Assembly (NCBI GenBank): GCA_963806535.1
Contig: CAWDYC010000008.1
Coordinates: 128,001 to 192,000 of the forward strand
Source: Candidatus Bathyarchaeota archaeon
GTDB lineage: Archaea; Thermoproteota; Bathyarchaeia; Bathyarchaeales; Bathycorpusculaceae
Length of the DNA stretch: 64,000 nucleotides
Direction: 5' to 3'
Under the pieces are notes generated by a model. The model had not been told where the DNA came from. It saw only the letters and a program-made list of their open reading frames with translations, and did no database searches. A program made the position numbers and the translations under genes. Each line of letters begins with the position of its first letter. Position 1 is the stretch's first letter. Positions 1 through 9,318 of the stretch are shown piece after piece.

Positions 1-1548
1 TTTATTTTGTCTGAACTTCAAAAAAGCGGGGACATCGGTCAAACATCGGAGAAGCTTTTGGCTAAACGCAAACAATCCACCTTCTTTACAAAGAAGCTGA
101 CTGTTGAGCATGTTTATGAGACGCTGGATAAAATGGCTAAAACCTCTGGTTCCGGCGCTGTTGACACAAAAATGGCGTTGCTCTGCAGCTTGTTAACTGA
201 TGCTTCTCATCACGAGGCAAAATGGATAATGCGCACTGTAACAGCCAATCTGCGCCTCGGCATTGCTGATATGACGGTTCTGGATGCCTTAGCGATTGCG
301 TATGGCGGAGGAAAAGAAGCCCGCAAACTTGTTGAACGTGCTTACAGCATCTCTTCTGACCTTGGTCGAGTTGCTGACGTGGTTGTCGAAAAAGGTGTGG
401 ATGGAATAAAAAACTTCCAAGTTGCAGTTTTTGAACCAATAAGACCTATGCTGGCAGAGCGCTTGGCTTCGCCTGAAGAAATTTTGGAAAAATTCGGCGG
501 CAAATGCGTAGCCGAATACAAGTACGATGGAGAACGGGTTCAAGCGCACAAGAAAGACGGCAAAGTAATACTATTTTCCAGACGGTTAGAAAATATTTCT
601 AGCCAGTATCCTGATGCGGTGGAGTTGGTTAAGGAAAAGATTGATGCGAAAGAAGCCATTTTGGAAGCTGAATGTGTTGCTATGGATTTAGAAACTGGTG
701 ACATGCGTCCATTTCAAGAGTTAATGCATCGAAGACGTAAATACGGAGTTGAAGAAGCCATTGAGCAATATCCCATTTCACTTTTCCCCTTTGACCTGCT
801 TTATGTTGACGGTAAAGATTTAACCCTTGAACCGCTGCCCAAAAGACGAAAAGAACTTCAACGCATAATAAAGCAAACTGACCGCGTAACACCTGCCATT
901 CATAAACTCGTTAGTAGTCCTAAAGAGCTTGAGGATTTCTTTGAAGAAGCCATAGAGAAAGGCTGCGAAGGATTAATGTGCAAATCCGTCTCCAAAGACT
1001 CAGTTTACCAAGCAGGCAACCGCGGTTGGCTCTGGATAAAATATAAACGCGATTACAAAAGCGAAATGACCGACACCGTTGATCTTGTGGTTGTGGGAGC
1101 TTTCCATGGCAGAGGAAAACGTGTGGGAGCATATGGTGCATTGCTCTTAGCCACTTACAACGATGAAAAAGACACATTTGAAACAGTTACAAAATGCGGT
1201 ACAGGCTTCACAGATAAAGACTTGGCAACGCTACATGAAACTCTCCAGAAACATATAATTCCCAAAAAGAATTCGCGAGTGGTTTCAATGATGCAGGCAG
1301 ATGTTTGGTTTGAACCCAGTTTGGTTCTTGAAATTTTAGGCGCGGAAATCACCCTCAGCCCAATTCACCCATGCGCTATGGATTCAATACGAAAAGGAAG
1401 CGGTTTGGCAATTCGTTTTCCACGTTTTACAGGTAAATACCGAACAGACAAAAGCCCCGAAGACGCAACCACTTCAAAAGAAATTGTAGAGATGTATCAA
1501 GGGCAACTAAAAAAAATCAGCGAAACACAGACCCCAGAGAAAAGCTAA
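1..1548 (+). CDS. lig: ATP-dependent DNA ligase (5' end outside window)
   Basis: Motif I EYKYDGER, EGLMCK, WIKYKRDY and IRFPRF (OB domain); frame is open to the window edge. Confidence 0.97.
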   Translation, partial: FILSELQKSGDIGQTSEKLLAKRKQSTFFTKKLTVEHVYETLDKMAKTSGSGAVDTKMALLCSLLTDASHHEAKWIMRTVTANLRLGIADMTVLDALAIAYGGGKEARKLVERAYSISSDLGRVADVVVEKGVDGIKNFQVAVFEPIRPMLAERLASPEEILEKFGGKCVAEYKYDGERVQAHKKDGKVILFSRRLENISSQYPDAVELVKEKIDAKEAILEAECVAMDLETGDMRPFQELMHRRRKYGVEEAIEQYPISLFPFDLLYVDGKDLTLEPLPKRRKELQRIIKQTDRVTPAIHKLVSSPKELEDFFEEAIEKGCEGLMCKSVSKDSVYQAGNRGWLWIKYKRDYKSEMTDTVDLVVVGAFHGRGKRVGAYGALLLATYNDEKDTFETVTKCGTGFTDKDLATLHETLQKHIIPKKNSRVVSMMQADVWFEPSLVLEILGAEITLSPIHPCAMDSIRKGSGLAIRFPRFTGKYRTDKSPEDATTSKEIVEMYQGQLKKISETQTPEKS

Positions 1549-1595
1549 AACTGATAAGCATCAACAGCTAAAATAAGGAGCAGGCGTGAACTTCG

Positions 1596-2216
1596 TTGTC
1601 TCAAGATACAGAAAAAATGAAATCGCTAATAGCATTCAAAAAGCGAATGGAAGACCAACTGGAAAAATTAAACGCTGAAGCAAAAGAAGTTCAAGCTGCC
1701 TTGGACACGGTTAACGGAATGTTGCTTGATAAAGGCTTCAAGCGTGGAGAAATCAAAGAAGTTCCTGAGATGCCTGTGCCAAGGGACGTAGTTTTGCCGA
1801 AGCAAGAGCTTGAGCCGCCGACAGTTGTAGTACAACGCGGTGCACCTTTGCAAACGGAAAAGGAAAGTGTAATTCCCCTAAAAACCATGGCTGAAGAGCC
1901 TTTGGCATTAATGTATTTTGAAAAGCAAGCCATCCATGTTTTGCCAGATGAAAGCAAAAACTTCAGCGTTAACACGCCGCCTTTCACTAATTTTCTTGTT
2001 GAAAAAGTCTTCGCTAAAATGCAAGAAAAAGATACAGAACTTGTCAAAACGAAACAGTTAGCAGCGGACAAAATGTTCTCATTTAACATTGTCCGTGAAG
2101 GCGACCAAATTCGCGAAATAGTAATAAAAAACGTAGATGAAGAAAGACTGAAGGAACTAAAGTCGAGCATCCGCTGGACTTTTGAGAAAATGTATGAAAA
2201 AATGAAAAGTGCCTAA
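1596..2216 (+). CDS. hypothetical protein with N-terminal coiled coil
   Basis: 206-aa ORF directly after lig; heptad-rich N-terminus; no recognised family. Confidence 0.75.
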   Translation: MSQDTEKMKSLIAFKKRMEDQLEKLNAEAKEVQAALDTVNGMLLDKGFKRGEIKEVPEMPVPRDVVLPKQELEPPTVVVQRGAPLQTEKESVIPLKTMAEEPLALMYFEKQAIHVLPDESKNFSVNTPPFTNFLVEKVFAKMQEKDTELVKTKQLAADKMFSFNIVREGDQIREIVIKNVDEERLKELKSSIRWTFEKMYEKMKSA

Positions 2217-2217
2217 T

Positions 2218-2544
2218 TTACTGTGAATGCTTTTGCAATGTATCAACGATTTTGTTTTTAGGGCACAAACCAACAAGTCTTTCTGCTTCTTGACCATTTT
2301 TAAAAACAATCATCGTTGGTATGCTGAAAACCTGGAAGCGTTCAGCAGTAGATGGGTTCTCATCAACATCAAGTTTGCCAATTAAAATTTTGCCATTGTA
2401 TTCTTTGGCTAATTCCACAATGGTAGGAGCTAAAGCTCGGCATGGTCCACACCAATTGGCCCAAAAATCAACAAAAACCAAGTTGTTTTTCTTGATTGTT
2501 TCTTCGAAGTTTGCATCTGTTATATGAAAAGGTTCAGAACTCAT
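2218..2544 (-). CDS. trxA: thioredoxin
   Basis: WCGPC active site, SIPT cis-Pro motif. Confidence 0.97.
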   Translation of the reverse strand: MSSEPFHITDANFEETIKKNNLVFVDFWANWCGPCRALAPTIVELAKEYNGKILIGKLDVDENPSTAERFQVFSIPTMIVFKNGQEAERLVGLCPKNKIVDTLQKHSQ

Positions 2545-2638
2545 TTATTTTGACTCCTTAATATAATAGAATTTAAGATTTCTGTGATATAAACCGTTCG
2601 TGATGCCTGAAGCGGGTTTTCTGTGGGTTAGATAAGCT

Positions 2639-3847
2639 CTAGAAACTCACGAAGTTGAATTTAATTATTGATACGACTCCCCATAGATTGACGAGCAAGC
2701 TTAGAATTATGAGGGCTTTTTCTGGCCAGGCCAAGTTTTCTCTCGTGCCCTTGGCTGTTAACAAAATGAGAAAAGGGGTAAAATCAAGGCTGAAACGGTA
2801 GCCAAACTGAGTAAACCCTACAGTGCCATGAGTAATTAAGGGTGGAAGGATACATAATACGGCTAAAGCAGAGTATTTGCTTAGTTTGTTCCAAGGACCT
2901 TTGAAGATATAGATAAATGCTGGCGTAGTGAAAAACAAGCCTAAACCCATCCATGATGGCTTAAAGTACGGAAATGAATTAAGCAGAATTGGTCCCTGGA
3001 AAAATATTGCGTAAATGTGTCTAGGAATATAGGCAATGTTAAAGATTCCCTGTAGGAAAAATTGATCCTGTTGGATTCCAGGTATAAGACCATATCCGGC
3101 ATCCAAAATTGTTCCGTAACGAGCAAAATTGTAAAGAAGATATAAAGTAACTGGTATTGCTATGCCTATGAAAAAATATGCTGCTTGCTTAAGTCTTGGT
3201 TTCCAAGATTCATTCGTCTGATAGATAAGAAACAAAAAGAATGGGAATGCCAAAGCCACTGGAAGTCGCGACAAAGTAGCAAAACCTAACAATAACCCAA
3301 CGAAAAAATTGTTCTTCTTATAAAAAGCCAGCACTATTGCAGATGTGAGAAAAAGAACCGCCGCAACCTCTTCAATGTACCATGATGAACCGACTGCGGC
3401 GGTGAACCAAAAACAAGTTCCAAATCCGAAAAGTGCGGTTAACCATAAGACTTTGCTTCCTTGTACTCCTGTTTTTTTGAGCATAAGCCATATGAGGGAA
3501 ACGGATAAACTTGCAAGAATTATGGAAATTACGCTTTGATCAATCGAAGTGCCAAAAACTGCTACAACAGGCATCAAAATCACGGCGGGCATGGGAGGGT
3601 AAACCACATAAAAGTTGCCGTTGAGGGGAACAAGTTCCTGCAATGAAGTTCCGGCACCCGTAACTCCCAATCTGCCATGAAGGAAAGCATCAGCTAAATA
3701 AACAAAATGATCCTGCCCAGGCGGCGGACCTTTAGACAACACAAAAATAAAGAAAGATACCAGAGCAATTAGAATAAATTTCTGGACAGTTCCCAAAGAC
3801 TCCATTTTTGAGACTACTCGCCGAAATCCCTGGCTGATTTTGTCCAA
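2639..3847 (-). CDS. polytopic membrane protein, GT-C fold glycosyltransferase-like
   Basis: About 10 hydrophobic segments, YPPMPA loop, GYRFSLDF motif. Confidence 0.65.
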   Translation of the reverse strand: MDKISQGFRRVVSKMESLGTVQKFILIALVSFFIFVLSKGPPPGQDHFVYLADAFLHGRLGVTGAGTSLQELVPLNGNFYVVYPPMPAVILMPVVAVFGTSIDQSVISIILASLSVSLIWLMLKKTGVQGSKVLWLTALFGFGTCFWFTAAVGSSWYIEEVAAVLFLTSAIVLAFYKKNNFFVGLLLGFATLSRLPVALAFPFFLFLIYQTNESWKPRLKQAAYFFIGIAIPVTLYLLYNFARYGTILDAGYGLIPGIQQDQFFLQGIFNIAYIPRHIYAIFFQGPILLNSFPYFKPSWMGLGLFFTTPAFIYIFKGPWNKLSKYSALAVLCILPPLITHGTVGFTQFGYRFSLDFTPFLILLTAKGTRENLAWPEKALIILSLLVNLWGVVSIIKFNFVSF

Positions 3848-3940
3848 TTATACTACCTATTGAATTCTGAATTCGTTAGAAAAGAATTTAAACATTCGTT
3901 AAATTTTCTCAAAAAAATCAGGCAATTCCTTTTATCAATG

Positions 3941-4372
3941 CTATTTGCAGGCCTTCATTTTCTCCAATAAAGCCTTGAACACAGCGTAAGAATTCTTGGG
4001 GTCTGAAATCTCTGAGGCGGCCTTCTCGAAGGGGCATACCCCAGTTTTCTTTAAGTCCAAAACATTATCTACCAACGTTTCCCACTGGCAAATGACTTTG
4101 TTTTCTTGGAAAAGGGCTTGGGCTTTTTTGCTTAAAACTTCCGCATAAACTTCATGTATCCCAGCATAAACGCACAGGAGTGCTAATGCTTTGCCAGCAA
4201 CTCGATCTGCAACTGAAGCGCCATTCAATTCCTTGCCTAGGGTGTCAATTGCATGAATGAAACCTGAGATTCTATGTGAATCAGTTTGAAAAAGCACTTG
4301 ACTATTTTTTACTATGGAAAGCGTTAGCTGCTTACTATAGAGCTGTTCTTTAGCGATTTCGAGGTCTTGCAT
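3941..4372 (-). CDS. DUF1893 (TM1506-like) protein
   Basis: ADRVAGKALALL and CPFE motifs. Confidence 0.85.
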   Translation of the reverse strand: MQDLEIAKEQLYSKQLTLSIVKNSQVLFQTDSHRISGFIHAIDTLGKELNGASVADRVAGKALALLCVYAGIHEVYAEVLSKKAQALFQENKVICQWETLVDNVLDLKKTGVCPFEKAASEISDPKNSYAVFKALLEKMKACK

Positions 4373-4424
4373 TATTCTTCACCACTTTGGATGTCGGGTA
4401 GCATAAACGCAATTGTTTTTTGAA

Positions 4425-4856
4425 TTATTCAGCAGTAATTTTGAAAAGTTGATTCTCGGGCACTTCGGCAAGTTGCCAAGCATAAGCCTCTGTTAATTTA
4501 TCTTCTTTTTTCTTTTCCTCTATTGTCTCTCTAAATTTTTTGGCAAGTGTTATTTTCACTATTTTTCCAGTTTCTTCAACCATAAAAGTTGCTTGAATGG
4601 TTTTTGAGTTTTTAAATTGTAGACGTTGATTGCCAATTGTGCATGTTGTGGAAACTTGTATGCCGTCAAGCAAACAAGAAAACGGAGGGAATAACGGCAC
4701 AGCAACTTCTGCCCTCAGGTGCTCTATTTCAGTATTGGAAATGTTTAGTGTTTTTTTGGCTGCAGCACCCATCCTTAAGCCTATAACTAAGTAAGGTCCA
4801 ACGTGTCCATGAAGTTGGCGCGCGAATTCAATAATTGCTTGTTGTTCGGTTGGCAT
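4425..4856 (-). CDS. FmdE-family protein
   Basis: LHGHVGP, CLLDGIQVSTTCTIGN; likely start ATG at 4856 (MPTEQ). Confidence 0.88.
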   Translation of the reverse strand: MPTEQQAIIEFARQLHGHVGPYLVIGLRMGAAAKKTLNISNTEIEHLRAEVAVPLFPPFSCLLDGIQVSTTCTIGNQRLQFKNSKTIQATFMVEETGKIVKITLAKKFRETIEEKKKEDKLTEAYAWQLAEVPENQLFKITAE

Positions 4857-4870
4857 GGATGTTCGCTTTC

Positions 4871-5950
4871 TTAGTTGGTGTTTGTGTTTATTGAGGGTTG
4901 CTGTATGTTTTTGAATGGGTCGAGTTTGTCGTATTTTTTGTGGCGCCAGTACCCGAAGGAGAACAACCAAGAAACAACAAAGATACCTATTATACCAAAA
5001 CCCACCATCTCAAAATTAAGCGCGTGTAGCCAGCCCCAAAATATTCCACTCAGGTTTAGTTCATTTGATAGCACTTGCAAAAGTTCCAACGTGCCGATTA
5101 CCCATGCAACAAGTACCGAAATTACCGTGACGGTTAAGTTGTAATAAATCTTTCTAATTGGATTTAAGAATGCCCAGCCATAAGCCATACGCATTGCAAC
5201 ACCATCAGCGGTGTCCACAGTGACCATACCGCAAGTGAACAATAACGGCAGAATAAGAACGTAGTAAAGAGGAATACCTGTGGAAACGCCGATTCCAACG
5301 CTTATAGCGATAAGAGCAATTTCGCTAGCGGTATCAAACCCTAAGCCGAAGAGTACACCGACTGGGTAGATATGCCATGGTTTGCTTATGAGTTTGAACA
5401 GCGGCCGGAAGAAGCGGTTCATAAAACCGCGGTCTTGCAATAGATTTTCGAGCTCATCTGGATTCATTTTTCCCTGTTTTAGAGTTTGAAAAATCTTGTA
5501 TAAACCGATGACTATAACGGCGTTAATGAAGCCAATTATCCATAGGAAGCTTCCTGAGACCAAGGTTCCGATTACTGCGCCTGCATTTTGAAGCGCTGGA
5601 ATGTTGGCCGTAACAGTTCTTGTGGCAAAAATCAGACCGAGTATTAGAGCAACAACCACTGTTGAGTGACCAAGAGAGAACCACATTCCTACAGTGTAAG
5701 GGCGTTTTCCTTCTTGCATTAGTTTTCTTGTTGTGTTGTCGATGGCTGCTATGTGGTCCGCGTCTACTCCGTGTCGCAAGCCAAAGACGTAGGCTACGAT
5801 GCCTAAGCCGCCGAGGACAACGGCGATTTTTCCTATGACAAAAGCTGCAGAGAAACCGACTGCGGTGATTGTTAGGAGTGTGGTGAAGATTATGGCTATT
5901 TTGATTTTTTCGTTGCGCGAAAGCCCGAAGTTTGCAGATTTTGCCGTCAT
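4871..5950 (-). CDS. HoxN/HupN/NixA (NiCoT) nickel/cobalt permease
   Basis: GLRHGVDADHIAAIDN, FSLGHSTVV and GLGFDTASE signatures; likely start ATG at 5950. Confidence 0.95.
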   Translation of the reverse strand: MTAKSANFGLSRNEKIKIAIIFTTLLTITAVGFSAAFVIGKIAVVLGGLGIVAYVFGLRHGVDADHIAAIDNTTRKLMQEGKRPYTVGMWFSLGHSTVVVALILGLIFATRTVTANIPALQNAGAVIGTLVSGSFLWIIGFINAVIVIGLYKIFQTLKQGKMNPDELENLLQDRGFMNRFFRPLFKLISKPWHIYPVGVLFGLGFDTASEIALIAISVGIGVSTGIPLYYVLILPLLFTCGMVTVDTADGVAMRMAYGWAFLNPIRKIYYNLTVTVISVLVAWVIGTLELLQVLSNELNLSGIFWGWLHALNFEMVGFGIIGIFVVSWLFSFGYWRHKKYDKLDPFKNIQQPSINTNTN

Positions 5951-5952
5951 GG

Positions 5953-5980
5953 GTAACACTTTTTTGAGTTTTAGTGTTAC
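5953..5980. promoter_or_regulatory. candidate NikR operator GTAACA-N16-TGTTAC
   Basis: Perfect 8-bp inverted repeat GTAACACT...AGTGTTAC spanning 28 bp between the divergent NiCoT and nikR genes. Confidence 0.8.
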
Positions 5981-6031
5981 TGAGCATATAAAAGCTTTTA
6001 GGCACAACAAACACTTTTTACTTGACCATAA

Positions 6032-6439
6032 ATGTCAAAAGTCACCCGCGTAGGAGTAACGTTCCCGCCTGAACTTCTCAAAGACTTCGACGAAATCCTA
6101 AACAAAATGGGTTATGAAAGCCGCAGCAAAGCTATCCAAGACGCAGTTAGGTTGTATGTTTCTGATCGAAAATGGATAACAGAAGAAGAAACTGTCCAAA
6201 CAGGAGTGATACTTATGGTTTATGACCATGATGCGAAAGGACTGGAAAGCGAATTAACCGAAACGCAGCACGAACACTCCTCAATCATAACTTCAACCCT
6301 TCATATCCACATTAGCGAAAGAGACTGTTTAGAAGCCATAGCAGTAAAAGGCAAAGCGTCAGAAATACATCATTTAAGCGACGAATTAACAACCAGAAGA
6401 GGAGTAAAAATCCTCAAAACAACGATAGTAACCGTTTAG
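6032..6439 (+). CDS. nikR: nickel-responsive regulator NikR
   Basis: N-terminal RHH (RVGVTFP...SRSKAIQDA), ACT-like domain with QHEH, LHIH and CLE nickel ligands. Confidence 0.95.
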   Translation: MSKVTRVGVTFPPELLKDFDEILNKMGYESRSKAIQDAVRLYVSDRKWITEEETVQTGVILMVYDHDAKGLESELTETQHEHSSIITSTLHIHISERDCLEAIAVKGKASEIHHLSDELTTRRGVKILKTTIVTV

Positions 6440-6510
6440 AACTCTTTTAAAAAAAATAAAGTTGAGAATTTTGTTTTTGCGAAAGTTGCGACTTTCAGTT
6501 TACCACTAAG

Positions 6511-8103
6511 TTACGTCTTTCTTCTTTTTCTCATTATGAGCACAATTGCAGGAGTAATTCCCACAATCAACAATGTCAAAACAACCATTGATGGAAACTC
6601 TGGTGCTAAAGGTGTTTGTGCAGGTGAGACTGAGGGAGAATTGGTTGGTGTTGCTGTTGATGTGGCTGGTGGCGACGTTGGCGTGGAAGCAGGCGAATTT
6701 GTAGGTGTTGGGCTTGCGCTAGCTGTAGGCGTCGGCGATGAGTCAGAGGTGAATACTGCGAAGATGGTTGTTGCACCATTAACGTTTTGGATGGGGTAAG
6801 AACTCATGGCGCCAACAGAAGTTCCATTCACTAAAACATCCGCTATATGAAAGCCGGTATTGGCGGTTATTGTAAAAGTTTTGCCGCCGCCATAGTTAAG
6901 GCTGACAATTCCGCTTGGAGAAATAGAGCCGCCAGCGCCAACAGTCGAATTTACAAATGTTGGGGCTTGAGTATTTGGTGCTGTCAAGAAAGGAATAAAT
7001 GACGTATTTCCGTAGTTAAAATCGTTTTTAAAGTCATAAATTGTCTGATTTATTGCTTGAATATTGTTTGTTCCCCACCAATTATAAGACGCGTTAATGT
7101 CTGCGGAACCGAGCACATATAGGTTGTATTGGTTCCCGTAAATGTTGTTGTACAAAATTAATGGTTTTGAACTAACGGTGCCTATTCCATAAGGATTACT
7201 ATTAATTGTATTATTTTCTACGATGCTGACGTCATTAGAATCTAGAAAAATTCCAAAGCTCCATGTGCCGTTATTACTACAAATTACATTTCGAATGATA
7301 GTATTGTTGGTTTGATAGAAAAAGTCGTTAGCGGAAGAAATCCCCATTTCCCAACCATAGATTGAATTGTCTATAATTGTTGCATTTCCAATCGAGTAAA
7401 CCCCATACCCAAGAGTGTTAATTCCTGACATTGTATTATTAGAAATTGTTGGCGAAGTTTGCCGTTCTATGGGTATGGCTTTAACAGTAATCCCGTTGGT
7501 TACCCTACCGGAGCAGTTCATAGTTATAGTGTTGCTTGAAATGATGGGTGAGCCGCCACTTACAATAATTGCCTCCTCATAGGAATTCTGGCTTTGATTA
7601 AAAGTGATTATGTTATTGTCAATTTTTGGGGATGCTCCATCAATTTCTACAGGTATATAGTTTAAGTTTGCATTTTGAATTATCGAGCCAGTACCTGTCA
7701 GCTCGTTCCATCTGCTGCTCCTGGAAGTAAACAGAATTTGATAACCTGAACTACCAGTATTAACATACCCAGGATAGCCTGAATGAACGTTTGAATTGCC
7801 ATTTATCACAATTGGATTATTTGATTGACCTCTGGAATCGAGGGTTCCATTTACTTGTAAATAATTCGTTCCAATGTTTACGATAACACCAGGTTGAATT
7901 GTTAAGGTTACGCCAGCATTAATGGCAATAGGTCCAGTAAATGTGTAAGGACTATTTGCTTGTGTCCAAGTAGTGTCTGAAGTAATTACGCCACTAACAT
8001 TGGTACCTGAACTCTGCGCTTCTCCGAAATGAACAGTCGTGACTAAAACCAAAGAAACAACAATTATGACAATCAATAATAAACTGAACAGTGACTTTTT
8101 CAT
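6511..8103 (-). CDS. secreted surface protein: parallel beta-helix repeats, S/T/P linker, PEF-type C-terminal anchor
   Basis: Signal peptide, Asn-rich beta-helix repeats, NWWG, PT-rich linker, PEF + TM + basic tail. Confidence 0.85.
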   Translation of the reverse strand: MKKSLFSLLLIVIIVVSLVLVTTVHFGEAQSSGTNVSGVITSDTTWTQANSPYTFTGPIAINAGVTLTIQPGVIVNIGTNYLQVNGTLDSRGQSNNPIVINGNSNVHSGYPGYVNTGSSGYQILFTSRSSRWNELTGTGSIIQNANLNYIPVEIDGASPKIDNNIITFNQSQNSYEEAIIVSGGSPIISSNTITMNCSGRVTNGITVKAIPIERQTSPTISNNTMSGINTLGYGVYSIGNATIIDNSIYGWEMGISSANDFFYQTNNTIIRNVICSNNGTWSFGIFLDSNDVSIVENNTINSNPYGIGTVSSKPLILYNNIYGNQYNLYVLGSADINASYNWWGTNNIQAINQTIYDFKNDFNYGNTSFIPFLTAPNTQAPTFVNSTVGAGGSISPSGIVSLNYGGGKTFTITANTGFHIADVLVNGTSVGAMSSYPIQNVNGATTIFAVFTSDSSPTPTASASPTPTNSPASTPTSPPATSTATPTNSPSVSPAQTPLAPEFPSMVVLTLLIVGITPAIVLIMRKRRKT

Positions 8104-8274
8104 TCGCTCATCCGCGCATTGAGCTACGTATGAATGAGTTATATATTAACATTTACGACTTTGGAGTCAGTAACCGTTCCTAATTACAAAAAGAGGTTTT
8201 ATCCAAATTAGATAAATTAAGTAATTTTAAGAGAATAATTAATGAAATTAGGGTTTTAAAATAGTCGAAAAGAT

Positions 8275-9180
8275 TTAGACTTCAAACATGCGTTCCAATG
8301 AAGCTCTAGCCTTCTTCGCAACTGCGTCTGGAACTTTAACAACGTTCTTTTCTTCTTTTAGGGCAGCGTAGAGTCTGTCTAGCGTAGTGAGCTTCATGTT
8401 TGGGCAAACTGCTCCTTCATATGCTAAGTAGAAGTTTTTTTCTGGGTTCTCTTTCCTCAGGCGGTGTAGGAGACCTTCTTCTGTTCCAATTATGAAGTTT
8501 TCGGCATCGGATTCTTTTGCGAAACGACACATTTTGGATGTGCTACCAACATAGTCAGCGACTTTGCGCATTTCTGTACTGCATTCAGGATGAACCATAA
8601 CGGTTGCGTCGGGATGCTGCATTTTAAGTACGGTTATGTCTTCAGGCTGGAAGAGCAGGTGTGTCGGGCAGAACCCGTTTTCAGGAATAGGAATCAGCGT
8701 TTTTCCTGTTTTTTCTGAAACGTATTCGGCGAGGTTCTTGTCAGGGCCAAAAAGTATTGTGTCAGCATCAAGTGACTTTATAACTTCCACCGCGTTCGCG
8801 CTTGTACAGCAAACATCGCAGTGTGCTTTGCATGAAGCCAAAGTGTTAACATATAACACAACTGGAGCACCCGGATACTTGGCTTTAGCCCGTTTTATTT
8901 CGTCCACTGTTAACATCTGAGCCATCGGACATCTTGCGCCTAAACAGGGCAAAAGAACCTTCTTATCCGGATTCAAAATTGCAGCCGACTCAGCCATGAA
9001 ATCTACCGCTGAGAAAAGTATCATTTCAGCGTCTTTTTCCTGTGCTGCTTTGCGGCTTAACTCGATGCTATCGCCCACATAGTCGGCAATGTCCTGGATC
9101 TCTGACCGTTGGTAATTATGAGCCAAAATAACCGCTTTTTTTTCTTTCTTGAGCCTAAGGATTTTATCAACTAAAGCCAT
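8275..9180 (-). CDS. nadA: quinolinate synthase
   Basis: LAHNYQ, FMAE, CPMA, CTSANA, HPEC, CPNMK; likely start MALVDK at 9180. Confidence 0.97.
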   Translation of the reverse strand: MALVDKILRLKKEKKAVILAHNYQRSEIQDIADYVGDSIELSRKAAQEKDAEMILFSAVDFMAESAAILNPDKKVLLPCLGARCPMAQMLTVDEIKRAKAKYPGAPVVLYVNTLASCKAHCDVCCTSANAVEVIKSLDADTILFGPDKNLAEYVSEKTGKTLIPIPENGFCPTHLLFQPEDITVLKMQHPDATVMVHPECSTEMRKVADYVGSTSKMCRFAKESDAENFIIGTEEGLLHRLRKENPEKNFYLAYEGAVCPNMKLTTLDRLYAALKEEKNVVKVPDAVAKKARASLERMFEV

Positions 9181-9318
9181 ATTTTCGCCAAGTAGTGTTA
9201 AGTTGAAAATTAAAGAGGACAAATCAAGAGATATATGCTTTTACCTTTCTCTATAGAAGATTAAACCTAAAAAACAAAGAAAAACTCTCAATTTGCTTTG
9301 GCATATTATGTTTAGGAT

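Noticed and set aside
6590-6745. GC-rich repetitive tract
   Set aside because: Encodes the ordinary Ser/Thr/Pro linker of the surface protein
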